This document shows, in pieces, positions 29,758 to 41,206 of a stretch of 64,000 nucleotides of DNA. The translations under genes and the position numbers were made by a program. The notes beneath the pieces are model-generated. The model did no database searches. It was not told the origin of the DNA and saw only the letters and a list, made by a program, of their open reading frames with translations. How positions within the stretch are numbered: position 1 is the stretch's first letter; every line of letters begins with the position of its first letter. The stretch is from Nitrospirota bacterium (GTDB taxonomy: Bacteria; Nitrospirota; UBA9217): NCBI GenBank assembly GCA_963754875.1, contig CAVWHO010000021.1, forward strand, positions 32,001 through 96,000, written 5' to 3'.

Positions 29758-30391
29758 CGTGTCCCTCCCGAGAAAGAAATATCAGCTATCGCTTTTATCA
29801 TTGCTGCTGCAGCTTCGGCCGGATCTTCCGCACTGAGAATCGCACTGATGACTGCCACACCGTCTGCGCCGGCACGAATAACATCAGCGACATTCTCCTG
29901 CTTAATCCCGCCGATGGCTATGATCGGTATCGTAACCGCATTCCTGATGCCTGCCAGGCCTGCAATCCCTTGAATTGTTTCTGCGTCTTTCGTGGTGGTC
30001 GAAAAAATTGGTCCAAATCCGATATAATCCGCTCCCCGGCGTTCCGCTTCCCGCGCCTGCTCCAGGCTGTGCGTCGAGATGCCGATCAACTTCAGGGGGC
30101 CGAGAAGCTTTCGCGCCTGTTCAAGCGGAAGATCGTCCTGTCCCAGGTGCACGCCGTCCGCATCGACAGCCAAAGCGATGTCCGCGTGGTCATTTACGAT
30201 GAACGTCGCTTCGCTCTCGCGGGCGAGTTTGGCCAGTCGAAGTGATGTATCGTACAGTGATTTTCGGGAGCCTGTTTTATTACGGTATTGAAACAGCCTG
30301 ACGCCGGCAATGCGTGCCCGGGACATCGCCTGCTCGGGGCTTACGCGCAGTAGGCCCTGATCAAGAATCAGGCAGAGCCCTTTGAGTTCAT
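29754..30391 (-). CDS. thiE: Thiamine-phosphate synthase; probable missing base just after the ATG
   Basis: [33 protein letters not shown]; the ATG overlapping the accC stop is out of frame by one base. Confidence 0.88.
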
Positions 30392-31734
30392 ACGGCCGGA
30401 TTGCTGTACCTCTCCATGAATTTCGTCGAAATATTGCCCTGCTGGAAATCAGGGTCTGAAAGGATCTTTTTATGCATGGGGATGGTCGTTTTGACGCCTT
30501 CGATGATGAACTCGTCGAGTGCACGCAGCATGCGCATGATGGCCTCATCACGACTTTCCGCATGTACGATGAGCTTTGCTATCATGGAATCATAATAGGG
30601 CGGGATGACGTATTTGTTGTATGCCGCGGTCTCCACCCGCACGCCGAGGCCCCCCGGGGGGTTGAACGTGGTTATCGTCCCCGGCGAGGGCGTAAATTTT
30701 TCCGGGTCTTCCGCGTTGATGCGGCACTCGATGCTGTGTCCCTTGATCCTGATCTGGTCCTGGGTGAACGAAAGCGGCAACCCTGATGCCACGCGGATCT
30801 GTTCCTTCACGAGGTCCAGGCCGGTTACCATCTCGGTCACCGGGTGCTCCACCTGGATTCGCGTGTTCATTTCCATGAAGTAAAATTTCTTGTTCTCGTC
30901 CATCAAGAACTCGATAGTCCCCGCATTGCGGTATTTGACGTTTTTCGCAATGGCAACGGCCATCTCTCCCATGGTTTTTCGCAGATTTGCATCGACGATG
31001 ACCGACGGCGCTTCTTCAATGAGTTTCTGATGACGGCGCTGGATCGAGCATTCCCGCTCACCGAGGTAAACGGCGTTGCCCTTGTCATCGGCCATGAGCT
31101 GGATCTCGATATGGCGCGGCTGGAGGATGTATTTTTCAATATACACGTCGGCGTTACTGAACGCAGCCAGCGCTTCCGTCTGCGCCATGACGAAGGCGTT
31201 GGCAAAATCGGCTTCATCCATGACGACGCGCATGCCCTTGCCCCCGCCGCCGGCGGAGGCTTTGACGATCACGGGAAATCCGAGTTCGCGGGCGATCTCA
31301 AGGGCGCTGTTTTCTTCCGTTACCACCCCGTCGCTGCCGGGCAATACAGGCACGCCAGCCTTTTTTGCGGTTTCGCGTGCCTTTGCCTTGTCTCCCATGA
31401 GCTTGATGCTCTCGGGACTCGGCCCGATGAACTTGATCCCGGTAGAACCGCAGATCTCGGCAAAGCTGGAATTCTCGGCCAGAAAGCCGTACCCGGGATG
31501 GATGGCTTCCGCATCGGTAATTTCGGCCGCGCTGATGATGCTCGGTACATTCAGGTAGCTGTCTGCGCTTTTCGGCGGGCCGATGCATACGCTTTCGTCG
31601 GCAAAACGCACGTGGAGCGAGTCGGCATCGGCGGTCGAATGAACGGCAACGGTCTTAATGTTCATTTCCTTGCATGCCCGGATGATCCGAAGCGCAATCT
31701 CGCCGCGGTTGGCGATCAATATCTTTTTAAACAC
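30388..31734 (-). CDS. accC: Acetyl-CoA carboxylase biotin carboxylase
   Basis: [38 protein letters not shown]. Confidence 0.97.
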   Translation of the reverse strand: MFKKILIANRGEIALRIIRACKEMNIKTVAVHSTADADSLHVRFADESVCIGPPKSADSYLNVPSIISAAEITDAEAIHPGYGFLAENSSFAEICGSTGIKFIGPSPESIKLMGDKAKARETAKKAGVPVLPGSDGVVTEENSALEIARELGFPVIVKASAGGGGKGMRVVMDEADFANAFVMAQTEALAAFSNADVYIEKYILQPRHIEIQLMADDKGNAVYLGERECSIQRRHQKLIEEAPSVIVDANLRKTMGEMAVAIAKNVKYRNAGTIEFLMDENKKFYFMEMNTRIQVEHPVTEMVTGLDLVKEQIRVASGLPLSFTQDQIRIKGHSIECRINAEDPEKFTPSPGTITTFNPPGGLGVRVETAAYNKYVIPPYYDSMIAKLIVHAESRDEAIMRMLRALDEFIIEGVKTTIPMHKKILSDPDFQQGNISTKFMERYSNPAV

Positions 31735-31791
31735 GCGAACACCTCGTGTACAATATTTTCAAGTGATAGTTCTCCTGGTATGCGCGCAGTG

Positions 31792-32266
31792 CTACATCGG
31801 CTCGATCACAAAAAGAGGCTGGCCGTACTCCACCGGTGACCCGTTCTCGACGACGACTCTGGACGATCTTGCCGGCTGTTTCCGACTCGATCTCATTCAT
31901 CAGTTTCATGGCTTCAATGATGCAGAGCACCTGCCCCTTCTTGACGATATCGCCGACTTCCACGTAGGGCGGTTTGTCCGGGGAACTCGCCCGGTAGAAC
32001 GAACCGACGATCGGCGCAGTCACTTTGATCTGGTTCGTTTTGACAGGCTCGGCCGCGCGTTGTTCCGCCTGGGCTGACGGAGTCTCGGCAACGGCAGGAG
32101 CAACGATGGCGTGAGGAGGATATTCCATTCGGGGCATGGTCGGATGGAAGGTAACATCTCCGCCCTTCCGGATCCTCACTTTCACCCCGGAACGTTCGAT
32201 CTCCAACTCAGAGACGTCCGTGCCCTTCAACATCTCGATTAGTTCCTTAAGTTCTTTAAGGTTCAT
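31792..32266 (-). CDS. accB: Biotin carboxyl carrier protein; +1 indel near 31861
   Basis: EAMKLMNEI; the expected tail [24 protein letters not shown] lies in the shifted frame. Confidence 0.92.
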
Positions 32267-32304
32267 GATTACTCCTTCTCGGTCACGATGATGAAAGAAC
32301 GGAA

Positions 32305-32871
32305 CTACTTTTTCACACGCTCAATGAAGGTGCCCGTACGCGTGTCGATCTTTATGACATCACCCTCGTTCAGATAGAACGGAACCTTGATCACCGCGCC
32401 GGATTCCACGGTCGCGGGCTTGGACCCTCCCGAGGCCGTGTCGCCGCGCACGCCCGGGTCAGTTTTTGCGATCGACAGCTCCACGAACATGGGAATGTCA
32501 ATATTAATCGGTTGTCCCTTATGGTAGAGGACCTTGATTTCCATATTTTCCTTGAGGTAGTTGATGCTGTCCCCAAGTTGCTTTTCATTCAGGGACACCT
32601 GCTCATAGTTCGCCGTGTCCATGAATACGCGGTCCTTGTCCGCGGCATAGAGATATTGCATGTTTTTTTCTTCCAGTTCAGGGACATCGACTTTTTCTCC
32701 CGACCGGTATGTCCGGTCGATCACGTTGCCCGACTTGAGACTTTTTATCTTCGTCCTCACGAAAGCCCCGCCCTTGCCGGGCTTCACGTGTTGAAAATCG
32801 ACGATTACATAGGGCTCACCGTCTATTTCGATCTTTAAACCGTTTCTGAATTCAGCTGTTGATACCGGCAC
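32305..32871 (-). CDS. efp: Elongation factor P
   Basis: [20 protein letters not shown]. Confidence 0.97.
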   Translation of the reverse strand: MPVSTAEFRNGLKIEIDGEPYVIVDFQHVKPGKGGAFVRTKIKSLKSGNVIDRTYRSGEKVDVPELEEKNMQYLYAADKDRVFMDTANYEQVSLNEKQLGDSINYLKENMEIKVLYHKGQPINIDIPMFVELSIAKTDPGVRGDTASGGSKPATVESGAVIKVPFYLNEGDVIKIDTRTGTFIERVKK

Positions 32872-32978
32872 CGCTGCTACCTCCCTTTCGTTATTCCAAG
32901 CAAAATAGTTTGGATCTTACATCACTCATGAGTCCGCGCATACAGAGGTTACTACAAACGCGTGGACGCATCGATACG

Positions 32979-34061
32979 TTACGCCTTCTTTAAGATCTCC
33001 AGTTCCCTCGGCAACGAAGTCAGCACCTTCCTGCCCTGCTCCGTTACAAGGACCATGTCTTCGATCCTGACCCCTCCCCAACCGGGAATATACACGCCGG
33101 GCTCCACCGTGAACACCATGTCCTGCTCGACCTCGTCGGTTGAGAGAGGAGATACGGAAGGTCCTTCGTGCACCATCAGACCGATGCCGTGGCCCGTTCC
33201 GTGGCCAAAATGGGCTCCATGACCGGCTCTCGTGATTATTTCGCGGGCAACGGCGTCGACGACTTTGCAGCTTATGCCCGGACGGACAGACTGCATCGCC
33301 GCCTCCTGAGCCTGCAAAACCAGACCATGAATTTCTTTCTGTCGTGCCGTTGGTTTTCCAACGCAAAGCGTCCGTGTGATATCGCAGTAATAGCCGTCCG
33401 CCTCTGCGCCGAAGTCGATGGTTACGAGATCGCCGTTCCTGAGGCGGCGGTTCGACACCGAGGCATGGGGCATGGCGCCGTTCCCTGCCGATGCCACAAT
33501 CGTATCAAAGGCCGCCTTGCGCGCGCCTTTCTCGCGCATCAGGAATTCGAGAGTGAGCCCCAGTTCCCGCTCCGCTGCTCCCGGCTTAACGTATCGCAAC
33601 AATTCCTGGAATGAGCTTTCTGCGCGCCTGATGGCTTTGCGGAGGGAAGCGAGTTCGTCACGGTCTTTCCGCATTCTCAAGGGCCTGAGCAGTTCCCGAT
33701 GCCCGCGGAGTTTGAGCCCGAGCTTCTGCAGTTTCTTCAGTTCTTCGATCGTGAGCGCAGATTCTTCGAACCAGAGGGTCTTCATGCCCTGGTCGAACGC
33801 AACGTCACGAAGGGCGGAAAAAAAATCTTTCTTTTGGATCACTACGTCAACATCCGAAGTCTCTTTACTCGTCTGGAGCTTGTACCGGAAATCCGTTATC
33901 AAGAATGGTTTGCCGAACCCGATCAGGAGAGAACCAGCTGAACCGGTGAAGCCGCTCAGGTAACGTACGTCCTCGCGGCGCGTAACGAGCAACGCCTCGA
34001 TGTTGCCCGATTTCATGAGTTTTCTGAGCCGGGAAATTCGCGTTTGTGTCGGCCGCATCAT
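32979..34061 (-). CDS. M24 family Xaa-Pro peptidase
   Basis: [32 protein letters not shown]. Confidence 0.92.
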   Translation of the reverse strand: MMRPTQTRISRLRKLMKSGNIEALLVTRREDVRYLSGFTGSAGSLLIGFGKPFLITDFRYKLQTSKETSDVDVVIQKKDFFSALRDVAFDQGMKTLWFEESALTIEELKKLQKLGLKLRGHRELLRPLRMRKDRDELASLRKAIRRAESSFQELLRYVKPGAAERELGLTLEFLMREKGARKAAFDTIVASAGNGAMPHASVSNRRLRNGDLVTIDFGAEADGYYCDITRTLCVGKPTARQKEIHGLVLQAQEAAMQSVRPGISCKVVDAVAREIITRAGHGAHFGHGTGHGIGLMVHEGPSVSPLSTDEVEQDMVFTVEPGVYIPGWGGVRIEDMVLVTEQGRKVLTSLPRELEILKKA

Positions 34062-34510
34062 TTCGTGCTCTTCCCGCCTGCTGTAACCAATCCTACTGCG
34101 GCTCTGACCGCAAGAAGATAGCTCTCCGGTCCAAACCCCGTGATCTGGCCGGCAGCCACACCGGAGATATAGGAATGTTTTCGGAATTCTTCGCGCTTAT
34201 AGATGTTGGAGATGTGTGTTTCCACCGTCGGGATGCCTGTCGATGAGATGGCATCCCGCAGAGCAACACTCGTATGCGTGTAGGCCCCGGGGTTGATCAC
34301 GAGGGCCTGGTACATGCCCATAGCGTCCTGGATTTTCTGCACCAGTTCCCCTTCATGGTTCGACTGGAAAAAGGCCACTTCTACGCCGAGTTCCGCGGCA
34401 AGGGCGGTGATCCGATTGTTAATGTCATCGAGCGTCACGGAACCGTAGATATCGGGCTCACGTTTTCCAAGGAGATTCAGGTTGGGCCCGTTCATGACCA
34501 AGATTTTCAT
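34058..34510 (-). CDS. aroQ: Type II 3-dehydroquinate dehydratase
   Basis: [35 protein letters not shown]. Confidence 0.97.
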   Translation of the reverse strand: MKILVMNGPNLNLLGKREPDIYGSVTLDDINNRITALAAELGVEVAFFQSNHEGELVQKIQDAMGMYQALVINPGAYTHTSVALRDAISSTGIPTVETHISNIYKREEFRKHSYISGVAAGQITGFGPESYLLAVRAAVGLVTAGGKSTK

Positions 34511-34523
34511 GAAACCCCCATAG

Positions 34524-34550
34524 AAAATAAAAAACTGCCTGAGGCAGTTT
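34524..34550 (-). terminator. Terminator-like hairpin between roadblock gene and aroQ
   Basis: AAACTGCC-TCA-GGCAGTTTTTTATTTT on the minus strand. Confidence 0.55.
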
Positions 34551-34585
34551 CCTGTACAAACAGCAAAAAAGACATAACGTTTCCT

Positions 34586-34942
34586 TCAAAACTCTTTCAA
34601 CAGTTTGGGCACGGACATCCTGAGGAGGAACCTTCCCTTCCCGAAATTACCTTCAGGTTTGATTATTAAAACAAAAAAGTACTCGTCATTCAATCTCCGG
34701 AGCATGATCATGGCGATGTCCGTAATGACCGTCACTTCCTTGGTTGTTCCCATCTGTGCAGCCTGCGAGCCTTTTTCAATTTCCTTGAGAAGTGCGGAAT
34801 ACTCTACGGTCATGGATTGGATATCCATGTCCTTATTTACTGAATATTCTTCGACCGGGATTCCGTCCAAGCCGACGATGAGAGCGCCGAGCGCCCCCTC
34901 GGTACCGTTCACGACCTCTTGCAGGATGTCGGCAAAGGACAT
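34586..34942 (-). CDS. Roadblock/LC7 domain protein (MglC-like)
   Basis: GALIVGLDGIPV, GNFGKGRFLLR; conserved position upstream of aroQ-efp-accBC. Confidence 0.8.
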   Translation of the reverse strand: MSFADILQEVVNGTEGALGALIVGLDGIPVEEYSVNKDMDIQSMTVEYSALLKEIEKGSQAAQMGTTKEVTVITDIAMIMLRRLNDEYFFVLIIKPEGNFGKGRFLLRMSVPKLLKEF

Positions 34943-34945
34943 TCG

Positions 34946-36604
34946 TTATCTCTCCTTTTTGATGTTGCTCAGCCAATGTTCCAGCCGGTCGATTGTCGCC
35001 TTGTTCACTGCGGCGCCCGACTTCGGTGCAGGACGGACCGTATCCTCTTGTGCCGGCGGCTGCAGAGCCGACGGAGGAATATATTCACGGGGCTCGAAAT
35101 CGGCGTATTGCGGTATAGGCCTGGCCTTTTCCTCCCGTGGAGGCATGAATATTTCATCGGCAGCCGTTCCTTCGGCTGCAGGTCCCGTCAATTCCTCCGG
35201 TTTATTCTCCGGTCGGTACTCCTGAGGCTCTGCGAAAATATCTCTTTCTAATTTTTTGGCAGGCTCATAAGATGACGTCAGATCTTTCTGTGGGTCGACG
35301 TACAGCTCTGCATCAAGCGTGATTTCTTCCTCTTGACTCTCAACAGGAGGCACGTACTCTTTCGGTTCAGTAAACAATGCCGCTTCTTCCGTGGATTCCG
35401 GCGCGGTCTTTTCTTCCGCAGCCGGGGTAAGCACTTCCTCGGACACGGCTATTGCCATTGCCTTTACCCGCTCCAGTTTGTCCTTCAGACCGCGGCTGTT
35501 GGGGTTATCTGCCAGCATCCGCTGATAGATATCAATAGCTTTTTCAAAGAACCCTTGAGCGATGTAGAGTTCGGCAAGTGTGTCCGTGGTAAAATCATCA
35601 GCTCCCGTTTGGTCAAATGCGTGTTCTTCTCCGGGAGGTGCCGGTTCGGGCTCTTCTCCGATCACCGCATTTGAATCAGGAATGTTTATCTCCTCAGTTT
35701 TCGCCTCGGCAGATACCGGCTCTTCCAAAAAAGTACTGGAAAACGCCGGGACGGCATCGGCCTGTTCCTCTGCGGGATTTATTTCAAAAACTTTTTCCGA
35801 AAAGAAGTCGATCTCCGAAGACGCTGGGGCCGGCAAAGGAGCCTTCTCATCAAGCGGCTCAATCACGAATACTTCTTCCGCTTCTTCCTGCTCGCCGACC
35901 GGTGAGGCAGGTTGCTGAGCCGCGTCAGGGGGCCGCTCGTTCAACTGCGTTGATTCATCCAGCAGCGCTGCAACCGGTTTCTCCACTACCGGTTCGTTTT
36001 CACCCTGTACAGGAACAGCATCCGGCGTGTGTACCGGTGAAGCCTCAGACGTCGGCTCCTCTGCTGCAGGAGCGGGAGATGACGAAGACAACGGCGGCGA
36101 TGTCCCTGCTGATGATTGCATCGGTTCTGGAGGATACGAAACAGCCTTGTCAGGTGAGGTCCGGGGGGTCTGCGGCACAACGACTGCACCGGTGTCAACT
36201 CCGGCCTCCAGGTCTGAAATGAGCGAAGCAACCTCCGCATCACTGGGATTAAGTGCAAGCGCTATTTTGTAATGTTTGAGCGCTTCCTTCTGCCTGTTCT
36301 GCAGAAGATGCAGGTCGCCCAGTTTTCTCTGTGCAAGCAGGTTGTCGGGGATCGTTTTTACAACCTCTTCAAATTCTTTCTGAGATGCTGCAAAATCTCC
36401 CTGCCCCAGCAGCAGTCTGCCGAGGAAAGATCGAGCGGTCACATATCCCGGATTGATTTTGAGCCCCTCCGAAAGCACATGGATCGCCATCTCAATGTCC
36501 CCGATTTTTTTGTACTCTTCTGCAAGCGGCACAAAAAGTTTTGACTTGGGGTCTTTAGAGATACGCTCCGTTAATTTGGCTATTTCGGAGGAGTCTTTTG
36601 CCAT
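34946..36604 (-). CDS. TPR protein with long acidic/Pro-rich linker
   Basis: DPKSKLFVPLAEEY TPRs, TDTLAELYIAQGF TPR, C-terminal IDRLEHWLSNI. Confidence 0.85.
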   Translation of the reverse strand: MAKDSSEIAKLTERISKDPKSKLFVPLAEEYKKIGDIEMAIHVLSEGLKINPGYVTARSFLGRLLLGQGDFAASQKEFEEVVKTIPDNLLAQRKLGDLHLLQNRQKEALKHYKIALALNPSDAEVASLISDLEAGVDTGAVVVPQTPRTSPDKAVSYPPEPMQSSAGTSPPLSSSSPAPAAEEPTSEASPVHTPDAVPVQGENEPVVEKPVAALLDESTQLNERPPDAAQQPASPVGEQEEAEEVFVIEPLDEKAPLPAPASSEIDFFSEKVFEINPAEEQADAVPAFSSTFLEEPVSAEAKTEEINIPDSNAVIGEEPEPAPPGEEHAFDQTGADDFTTDTLAELYIAQGFFEKAIDIYQRMLADNPNSRGLKDKLERVKAMAIAVSEEVLTPAAEEKTAPESTEEAALFTEPKEYVPPVESQEEEITLDAELYVDPQKDLTSSYEPAKKLERDIFAEPQEYRPENKPEELTGPAAEGTAADEIFMPPREEKARPIPQYADFEPREYIPPSALQPPAQEDTVRPAPKSGAAVNKATIDRLEHWLSNIKKER

Positions 36605-36638
36605 GATTTTTCTTGTGTTATCAAATTGATGCAAAAAA

Positions 36639-36668
36639 ATTTTACCAAAAACAAGGGTTAAAAGTCAA
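36639..36668 (-). promoter_or_regulatory. Sigma70 promoter of the TPR-roadblock operon
   Basis: TTGACT-18-TAAAAT with TG extension. Confidence 0.55.
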
Positions 36669-36938
36669 GGTAATACTTTCTACACGGTACTCCATTATTC
36701 CCGAGTTCGTTCATAAGTATTACAAATATTTTTTGTTTCATGCGTTTTCCCCTTGTTAGGAGAGCCGAATCTTTATATTTCTACCCACGACTCCTGGATA
36801 AGGGTGTCTCGTCATGTGTGAATACGAGGCGTACTTCGATATGAAATAAGATGGCAAAACTTTGTACGTGACGGGCCATTGCAGACGGCTGGCAGTATCG
36901 ATTGCCGACGGCAAGTGAGAATTAGAATGTCTATCAAT

Positions 36939-37481
36939 TTAATTGGCGTTGCAAACGTCGGCGCCGCGTCTGAGGGCATTTTCGTTCAAGGGGATCAAAG
37001 AATGTCTCCGGGCGGGCAGCACCTGTTTCAGTGCGGCAAGCACTGAATCAAGAGCAACCACTCCCGTCTTTTTCAGGAGTGCTCCAAGCATCACCATATT
37101 TGCTATGCGGATATCGCCAAGGTTTTCGGCAATATCATTCGCCTTGATATCAATCCGGGAAATATCCGATCGAGACGATGCAGCCTGGACGAGCGAGGTG
37201 TTTAAAAAAAGCTGCCCCCCCTGTTTGATTCTTGTCTCGAACTTCTTGAATGATGCCTCGTTAAAGATGACCATGGCCGAAGGATTTCGCACCACCGGTG
37301 ATCCGATTTCATCATCAGATATGATCACCGTACAGTTTGCCGTTCCTCCGCGGATCTCCGCCCCATAGGACGGGAACCATGTCACATGCTTGCCTTCGAG
37401 CATGCCGGCATATGCCAGCAGTTTGCCTGCGACGAGAACACCCTGGCCTCCAAAGCCCGCAATCATCACGTCCTGATACAT
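36939..37481 (-). CDS. 2-oxoacid:ferredoxin oxidoreductase gamma subunit
   Basis: AGFGGQG, PSYGAEIRGG, NMVMLGA. Confidence 0.92.
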   Translation of the reverse strand: MYQDVMIAGFGGQGVLVAGKLLAYAGMLEGKHVTWFPSYGAEIRGGTANCTVIISDDEIGSPVVRNPSAMVIFNEASFKKFETRIKQGGQLFLNTSLVQAASSRSDISRIDIKANDIAENLGDIRIANMVMLGALLKKTGVVALDSVLAALKQVLPARRHSLIPLNENALRRGADVCNAN

Positions 37482-37483
37482 GT

Positions 37484-38263
37484 TTACTCAACCCCCCTGG
37501 TTGCTGAGCTTTTGCCTCCTGGCTTGTGCCCTTCGTCTTTATACACTCCCAAAGGATAATATTTCATCATGCTATTTCGCACCCATTCTACAGCCTGGTT
37601 CGGCGTCAGTCCCCAATCGGTCGGGCACATCGAAAGTGCTTCCACGAAAGAGAAACCGCGCCCCTCAATCTGGTTCCTAAAAGCTTTTTGAATGGCCTTC
37701 TTAGCGGCGAGGACATTCTTCGGGCTGTCGACCGAAACGCGTTCTATATACACGGGTCCGTCCAGCGTCGCGAGCATCTCGCACACTCGAAGAGGATTAC
37801 CTGCTTGATGAACGTCCCTGCCCTTCGGTGTGGTCGTTGTCTTCTGGCCAGGTAGCGTCGTTGGGGCCATCTGACCGCCGGTCATGCCGTAGTTCCCGTT
37901 GTTGACGAAAATGACGGTAATATTCTCACCTCGAGCAGCTGCGTGGACGATCTCTGCCGTGCCGATAGCGGCAAGGTCACCGTCACCCTGGTAACTGAAG
38001 ATCACGGCGTCAGGTCTCGATCGCTTCATCCCGGTGGCGATCGCCGGCGGCCTTCCATGCGGGACTTCAATCATATCGATGTCAAAGTAGTCGTATGCAA
38101 AGACGGCGCAACCTACCGGCGCTATACCGATAGTCTGGTCGCGGACGCCGAGGAAATCGATCGTCTCGGCAACGATCCGGTGAAGCACACCATGGCTGCA
38201 TCCCGGGCAATAACGGAATGGTTTGGCTTTGAGAGAAGTCGGCCTCGAAAATACTTTATTCAT
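37484..38263 (-). CDS. 2-oxoacid:ferredoxin oxidoreductase beta subunit (TPP-binding)
   Basis: YCPGC, PVGC, HGR, QGDGD..IG, NNGNYGMTGGQ, CPT. Confidence 0.93.
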   Translation of the reverse strand: MNKVFSRPTSLKAKPFRYCPGCSHGVLHRIVAETIDFLGVRDQTIGIAPVGCAVFAYDYFDIDMIEVPHGRPPAIATGMKRSRPDAVIFSYQGDGDLAAIGTAEIVHAAARGENITVIFVNNGNYGMTGGQMAPTTLPGQKTTTTPKGRDVHQAGNPLRVCEMLATLDGPVYIERVSVDSPKNVLAAKKAIQKAFRNQIEGRGFSFVEALSMCPTDWGLTPNQAVEWVRNSMMKYYPLGVYKDEGHKPGGKSSATRGVE

Positions 38264-38344
38264 GATCACCTTCCGACAAAAATTGCTTGACAATCAACCC
38301 TGTAGTCTGTTATGTTATCGTCCTGTTTGAGCTGACCACGTTAT

Positions 38345-38420
38345 GCCGAGGTAGCTCAGTTGGTAGAGCAGAGGCCTGAAAAGCCTCGTGTCCGCAGTTC
38401 GATTCTGCGCCTCGGCACCA
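38345..38420 (+). tRNA. tRNA-Phe (GAA)
   Basis: GCCGAGG acceptor stem, anticodon arm GAGGC-CTGAAAA-GCCTC, GTTCGATTC, encoded CCA; upstream TTGACA-18-TATGTT. Confidence 0.97.
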
Positions 38421-38457
38421 TTCCTCTTTTATTCCGCATTCCGAAATCCGCATTGTT

Positions 38458-39855
38458 TCATTCTTTATCAAACAAGCCGAGCTGCAACATCTTTTCACCG
38501 GGGAAAGGAACCGGATATTCGCCGTCGAAGCAGGCAGCGCAGAAATTCACCGGGAACGGGACTACCTTCTGAATTCCTTCCATACTGATGTAACCGAGCG
38601 TATCGGCGGTAATATATTTCCTGATCTCCTCGATGCTGTGAGAAGAAGCAATGAGTTCCTGGCGGGTCGGCATATCAATGCCGTAGAAACAAGGATAGGA
38701 CGTCGGCGGCGAGCTGATGCGCAAATGGACTTCTGCGGCTCCCGCATTCCGGATCATTTTAATGATCTTTTTGCTCGTCGTACCGCGCACGATGGAGTCG
38801 TCCACAACAACGACCCGCTTTCCTCTGAGCGCATCTTTCACCGGATTGAGTTTTATCTTGACGCCGAAGTGCCTGATGCTCTGCTGCGGTTCGATAAAGG
38901 TACGACCCACGTAATGGTTCCTGATCAGGCCCGTATCAAAGGGAAGTCCCGCCTCTTCGGCGTACCCCAGGGCTGCGGGAACGCCTGAGTCCGGCACCGG
39001 AATGACGACATCGGCAGGAACGCCGGTTTCCCGGGCAAGCTGCCTGCCGAACTCTTTCCGGATTGAATAGACGTTCTGGCCGAAGACCATACTATCAGGC
39101 CTGGCAAAGTAGATAAATTCAAAAATGCAGTGGGATGGCTTGGCGGGTTTGAACGGGAACGTGGACTGAATTCCTTTGCTGCTGATTACGACCATCTCGC
39201 CGGGCGCAATATCGCGGATATATGTCGCTTCGATGAGGTCAAAGGCACAGGTCTCCGACGCAACGACATAAGCGCCGTCCAATTCCGCCAGCGAGAACGG
39301 CCTGAACCCGTTCGGATCGCGGACCGCGATCAACTCGTCTTCCGTGATGAGCAGGAGGCTGTAGGAACCCTGAACATGGCTGAGGGCGTCCACGATCCGT
39401 TCATGCAGGGTAGCGGCCCGGGACTGGGCGATCAGATGCACAATCACTTCAGTGTCGGTCGTGGTCACAAATATCGAACCGTAAGCTTCCAGCTCGTCTT
39501 TGAGAATTCCGGCGTTCACCAGGTTACCGTTGTGAGCCACGGCGAGGCCCCCGAGCGCGAAGTTGACTAAGATCGGCTGGATATTGAATGCAAAGCTGCC
39601 CCCCGCTGTCGAATAGCGATTATGCCCGATGGCCGTATGACCGGGGAGCTTCTTGATCCGTTCTTCATTGAAGATGTCGGCTACAAGACCCATGGACTTC
39701 TCGCCGTAAAGCCGTTTGCCGTCGGAAGATACGATCCCCGCAGACTCCTGACCTCGGTGCTGAAGCGCGTAGAGACCAAGGTACGTAAGGTTCGCCGCGT
39801 CCGGATGGCCGAAAACGCCGAATACGCCGCATTCTTCATGAAGTTCGTCAAACAT
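38458..39855 (-). CDS. purF: Amidophosphoribosyltransferase
   Basis: [34 protein letters not shown]. Confidence 0.97.
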   Translation of the reverse strand: MFDELHEECGVFGVFGHPDAANLTYLGLYALQHRGQESAGIVSSDGKRLYGEKSMGLVADIFNEERIKKLPGHTAIGHNRYSTAGGSFAFNIQPILVNFALGGLAVAHNGNLVNAGILKDELEAYGSIFVTTTDTEVIVHLIAQSRAATLHERIVDALSHVQGSYSLLLITEDELIAVRDPNGFRPFSLAELDGAYVVASETCAFDLIEATYIRDIAPGEMVVISSKGIQSTFPFKPAKPSHCIFEFIYFARPDSMVFGQNVYSIRKEFGRQLARETGVPADVVIPVPDSGVPAALGYAEEAGLPFDTGLIRNHYVGRTFIEPQQSIRHFGVKIKLNPVKDALRGKRVVVVDDSIVRGTTSKKIIKMIRNAGAAEVHLRISSPPTSYPCFYGIDMPTRQELIASSHSIEEIRKYITADTLGYISMEGIQKVVPFPVNFCAACFDGEYPVPFPGEKMLQLGLFDKE

Positions 39856-39860
39856 AACTC

Positions 39861-41162
39861 TTATACCTTCTTTTTAAAAACCCGCTTGAAAATATAGTCA
39901 ACTTTCTTGAGCGTGTGCGACAGGTCGAAGCAGTCATCGATTTCGCGGCTGCTCAAATACTTTCGGATATCCCGGTCATTCTGCAGACGCTGCTTGAAAT
40001 CCCCGCCCTGCTTCCAGACTTCCATGGCATTCCGCTGCACATAGGCATATGCTGTTTCGCGTGAAAGTCCCTTTCCCACCAAGGCAAGCATGACGGTCTC
40101 CGAATGGAAAAGACCTTTCGAAAGTTGCATGTTCCGTTTCATGTTTTGGGGATAAACGAACAGTTTTCCTATCAGGCCGTTGAACCGTACCAGCATGTAA
40201 TCAATGAGAATGGTGCTGTCCGGAATGATGATCCGTTCGGCAGAGGAATGACTGATGTCCCGTTCGTGCCAGAGTGCAATGTTTTCCATGGATGCCAAGG
40301 CGTTCGCCCGGACCACCCGGGCGAGTCCTGAAAGGTTCTCGGCGGAGATAGGGTTCCGCTTGTGGGGCATGGCAGAAGAGCCTTTTTGGCCTTCGGAGAA
40401 GTACTCTTCCGCCTCGAGCACTTCGGTGCGCTGGAGATGTCGGAGTTCTATGGAAAATTTTTCGATCGACGAGGCAATAAGCGCAAGCGCTGAAAGGAAT
40501 TCCGCGTGCCGGTCACGCTGCACTACTTGGGTCGCAACTGGTTCCGGCTTGAGCCCCAGTTTGCGGCAGACGTAGGTTTCAACAAATGGATCGATGTTGG
40601 CAAAGGTCCCGACGGCCCCGGACATCTTGCCAACGCTGATCACGTCACGGGCCCGTTTCATCCGCTCCAGGGCACGACCCATTTCCTCGTACCAGAGCGC
40701 CATTTTGAGTCCGAAGGTGACCGGCTCGGCATGCACTCCGTGAGAGCGGCCGATCATAACAGTGTTTTTGTGCTTCTTGGCCTTCTGTTTCAGGGTGGAA
40801 AGAACACTCTGGATGTCATTGATGATGATATCCGACGCTCTGCGCATGAGCGTGGCAAGCGACGTATCGAGCACATCCGAGGACGTGAGCCCCAGGTGGA
40901 TGTAGCGTGAATCGGGGCCGACCTTTTCTCCCACGGCGGTAAGGAATGCGATGACATCGTGCTTTACGATCTTTTCAAGGGCATCGATCCGTGCGACCTT
41001 AAAATCAGCCTTTTTTTTGATAGTCGCAAGCGCTTTCGCCGGAATGAGCCCCAGTTTTGCATTCGCCTCGCATGCTGCCAGTTCAACCTCGAGCCATGAG
41101 CGGTATCTGTTCTCCGGTTCCCAGAGGCCGGCCATTTCCGGCCTGCTGTAACGAGGAATCAT
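39861..41162 (-). CDS. purB: Adenylosuccinate lyase
   Basis: [26 protein letters not shown]. Confidence 0.97.
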   Translation of the reverse strand: MIPRYSRPEMAGLWEPENRYRSWLEVELAACEANAKLGLIPAKALATIKKKADFKVARIDALEKIVKHDVIAFLTAVGEKVGPDSRYIHLGLTSSDVLDTSLATLMRRASDIIINDIQSVLSTLKQKAKKHKNTVMIGRSHGVHAEPVTFGLKMALWYEEMGRALERMKRARDVISVGKMSGAVGTFANIDPFVETYVCRKLGLKPEPVATQVVQRDRHAEFLSALALIASSIEKFSIELRHLQRTEVLEAEEYFSEGQKGSSAMPHKRNPISAENLSGLARVVRANALASMENIALWHERDISHSSAERIIIPDSTILIDYMLVRFNGLIGKLFVYPQNMKRNMQLSKGLFHSETVMLALVGKGLSRETAYAYVQRNAMEVWKQGGDFKQRLQNDRDIRKYLSSREIDDCFDLSHTLKKVDYIFKRVFKKKV

Positions 41163-41206
41163 CTAGGTCTCCTAAAAGTGGTTTCGTTCGGTTCTGCTCG
41201 TAACGT

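Noticed and set aside
28662..32266. Programmed frameshifting or pseudogenes in livK, thiE and accB
   Set aside because: No slippery heptamers, both halves intact, pattern fits sequencing indels.
36814..36941. Short MCEYEAY... ORF, superficially CooT-like
   Set aside because: TAA after 11 codons and a further stop; similarity too weak.
38345..38460. tRNA-Phe as prophage/island attachment site
   Set aside because: No integrase and no duplicated tRNA 3' end seen; flanks are housekeeping genes.
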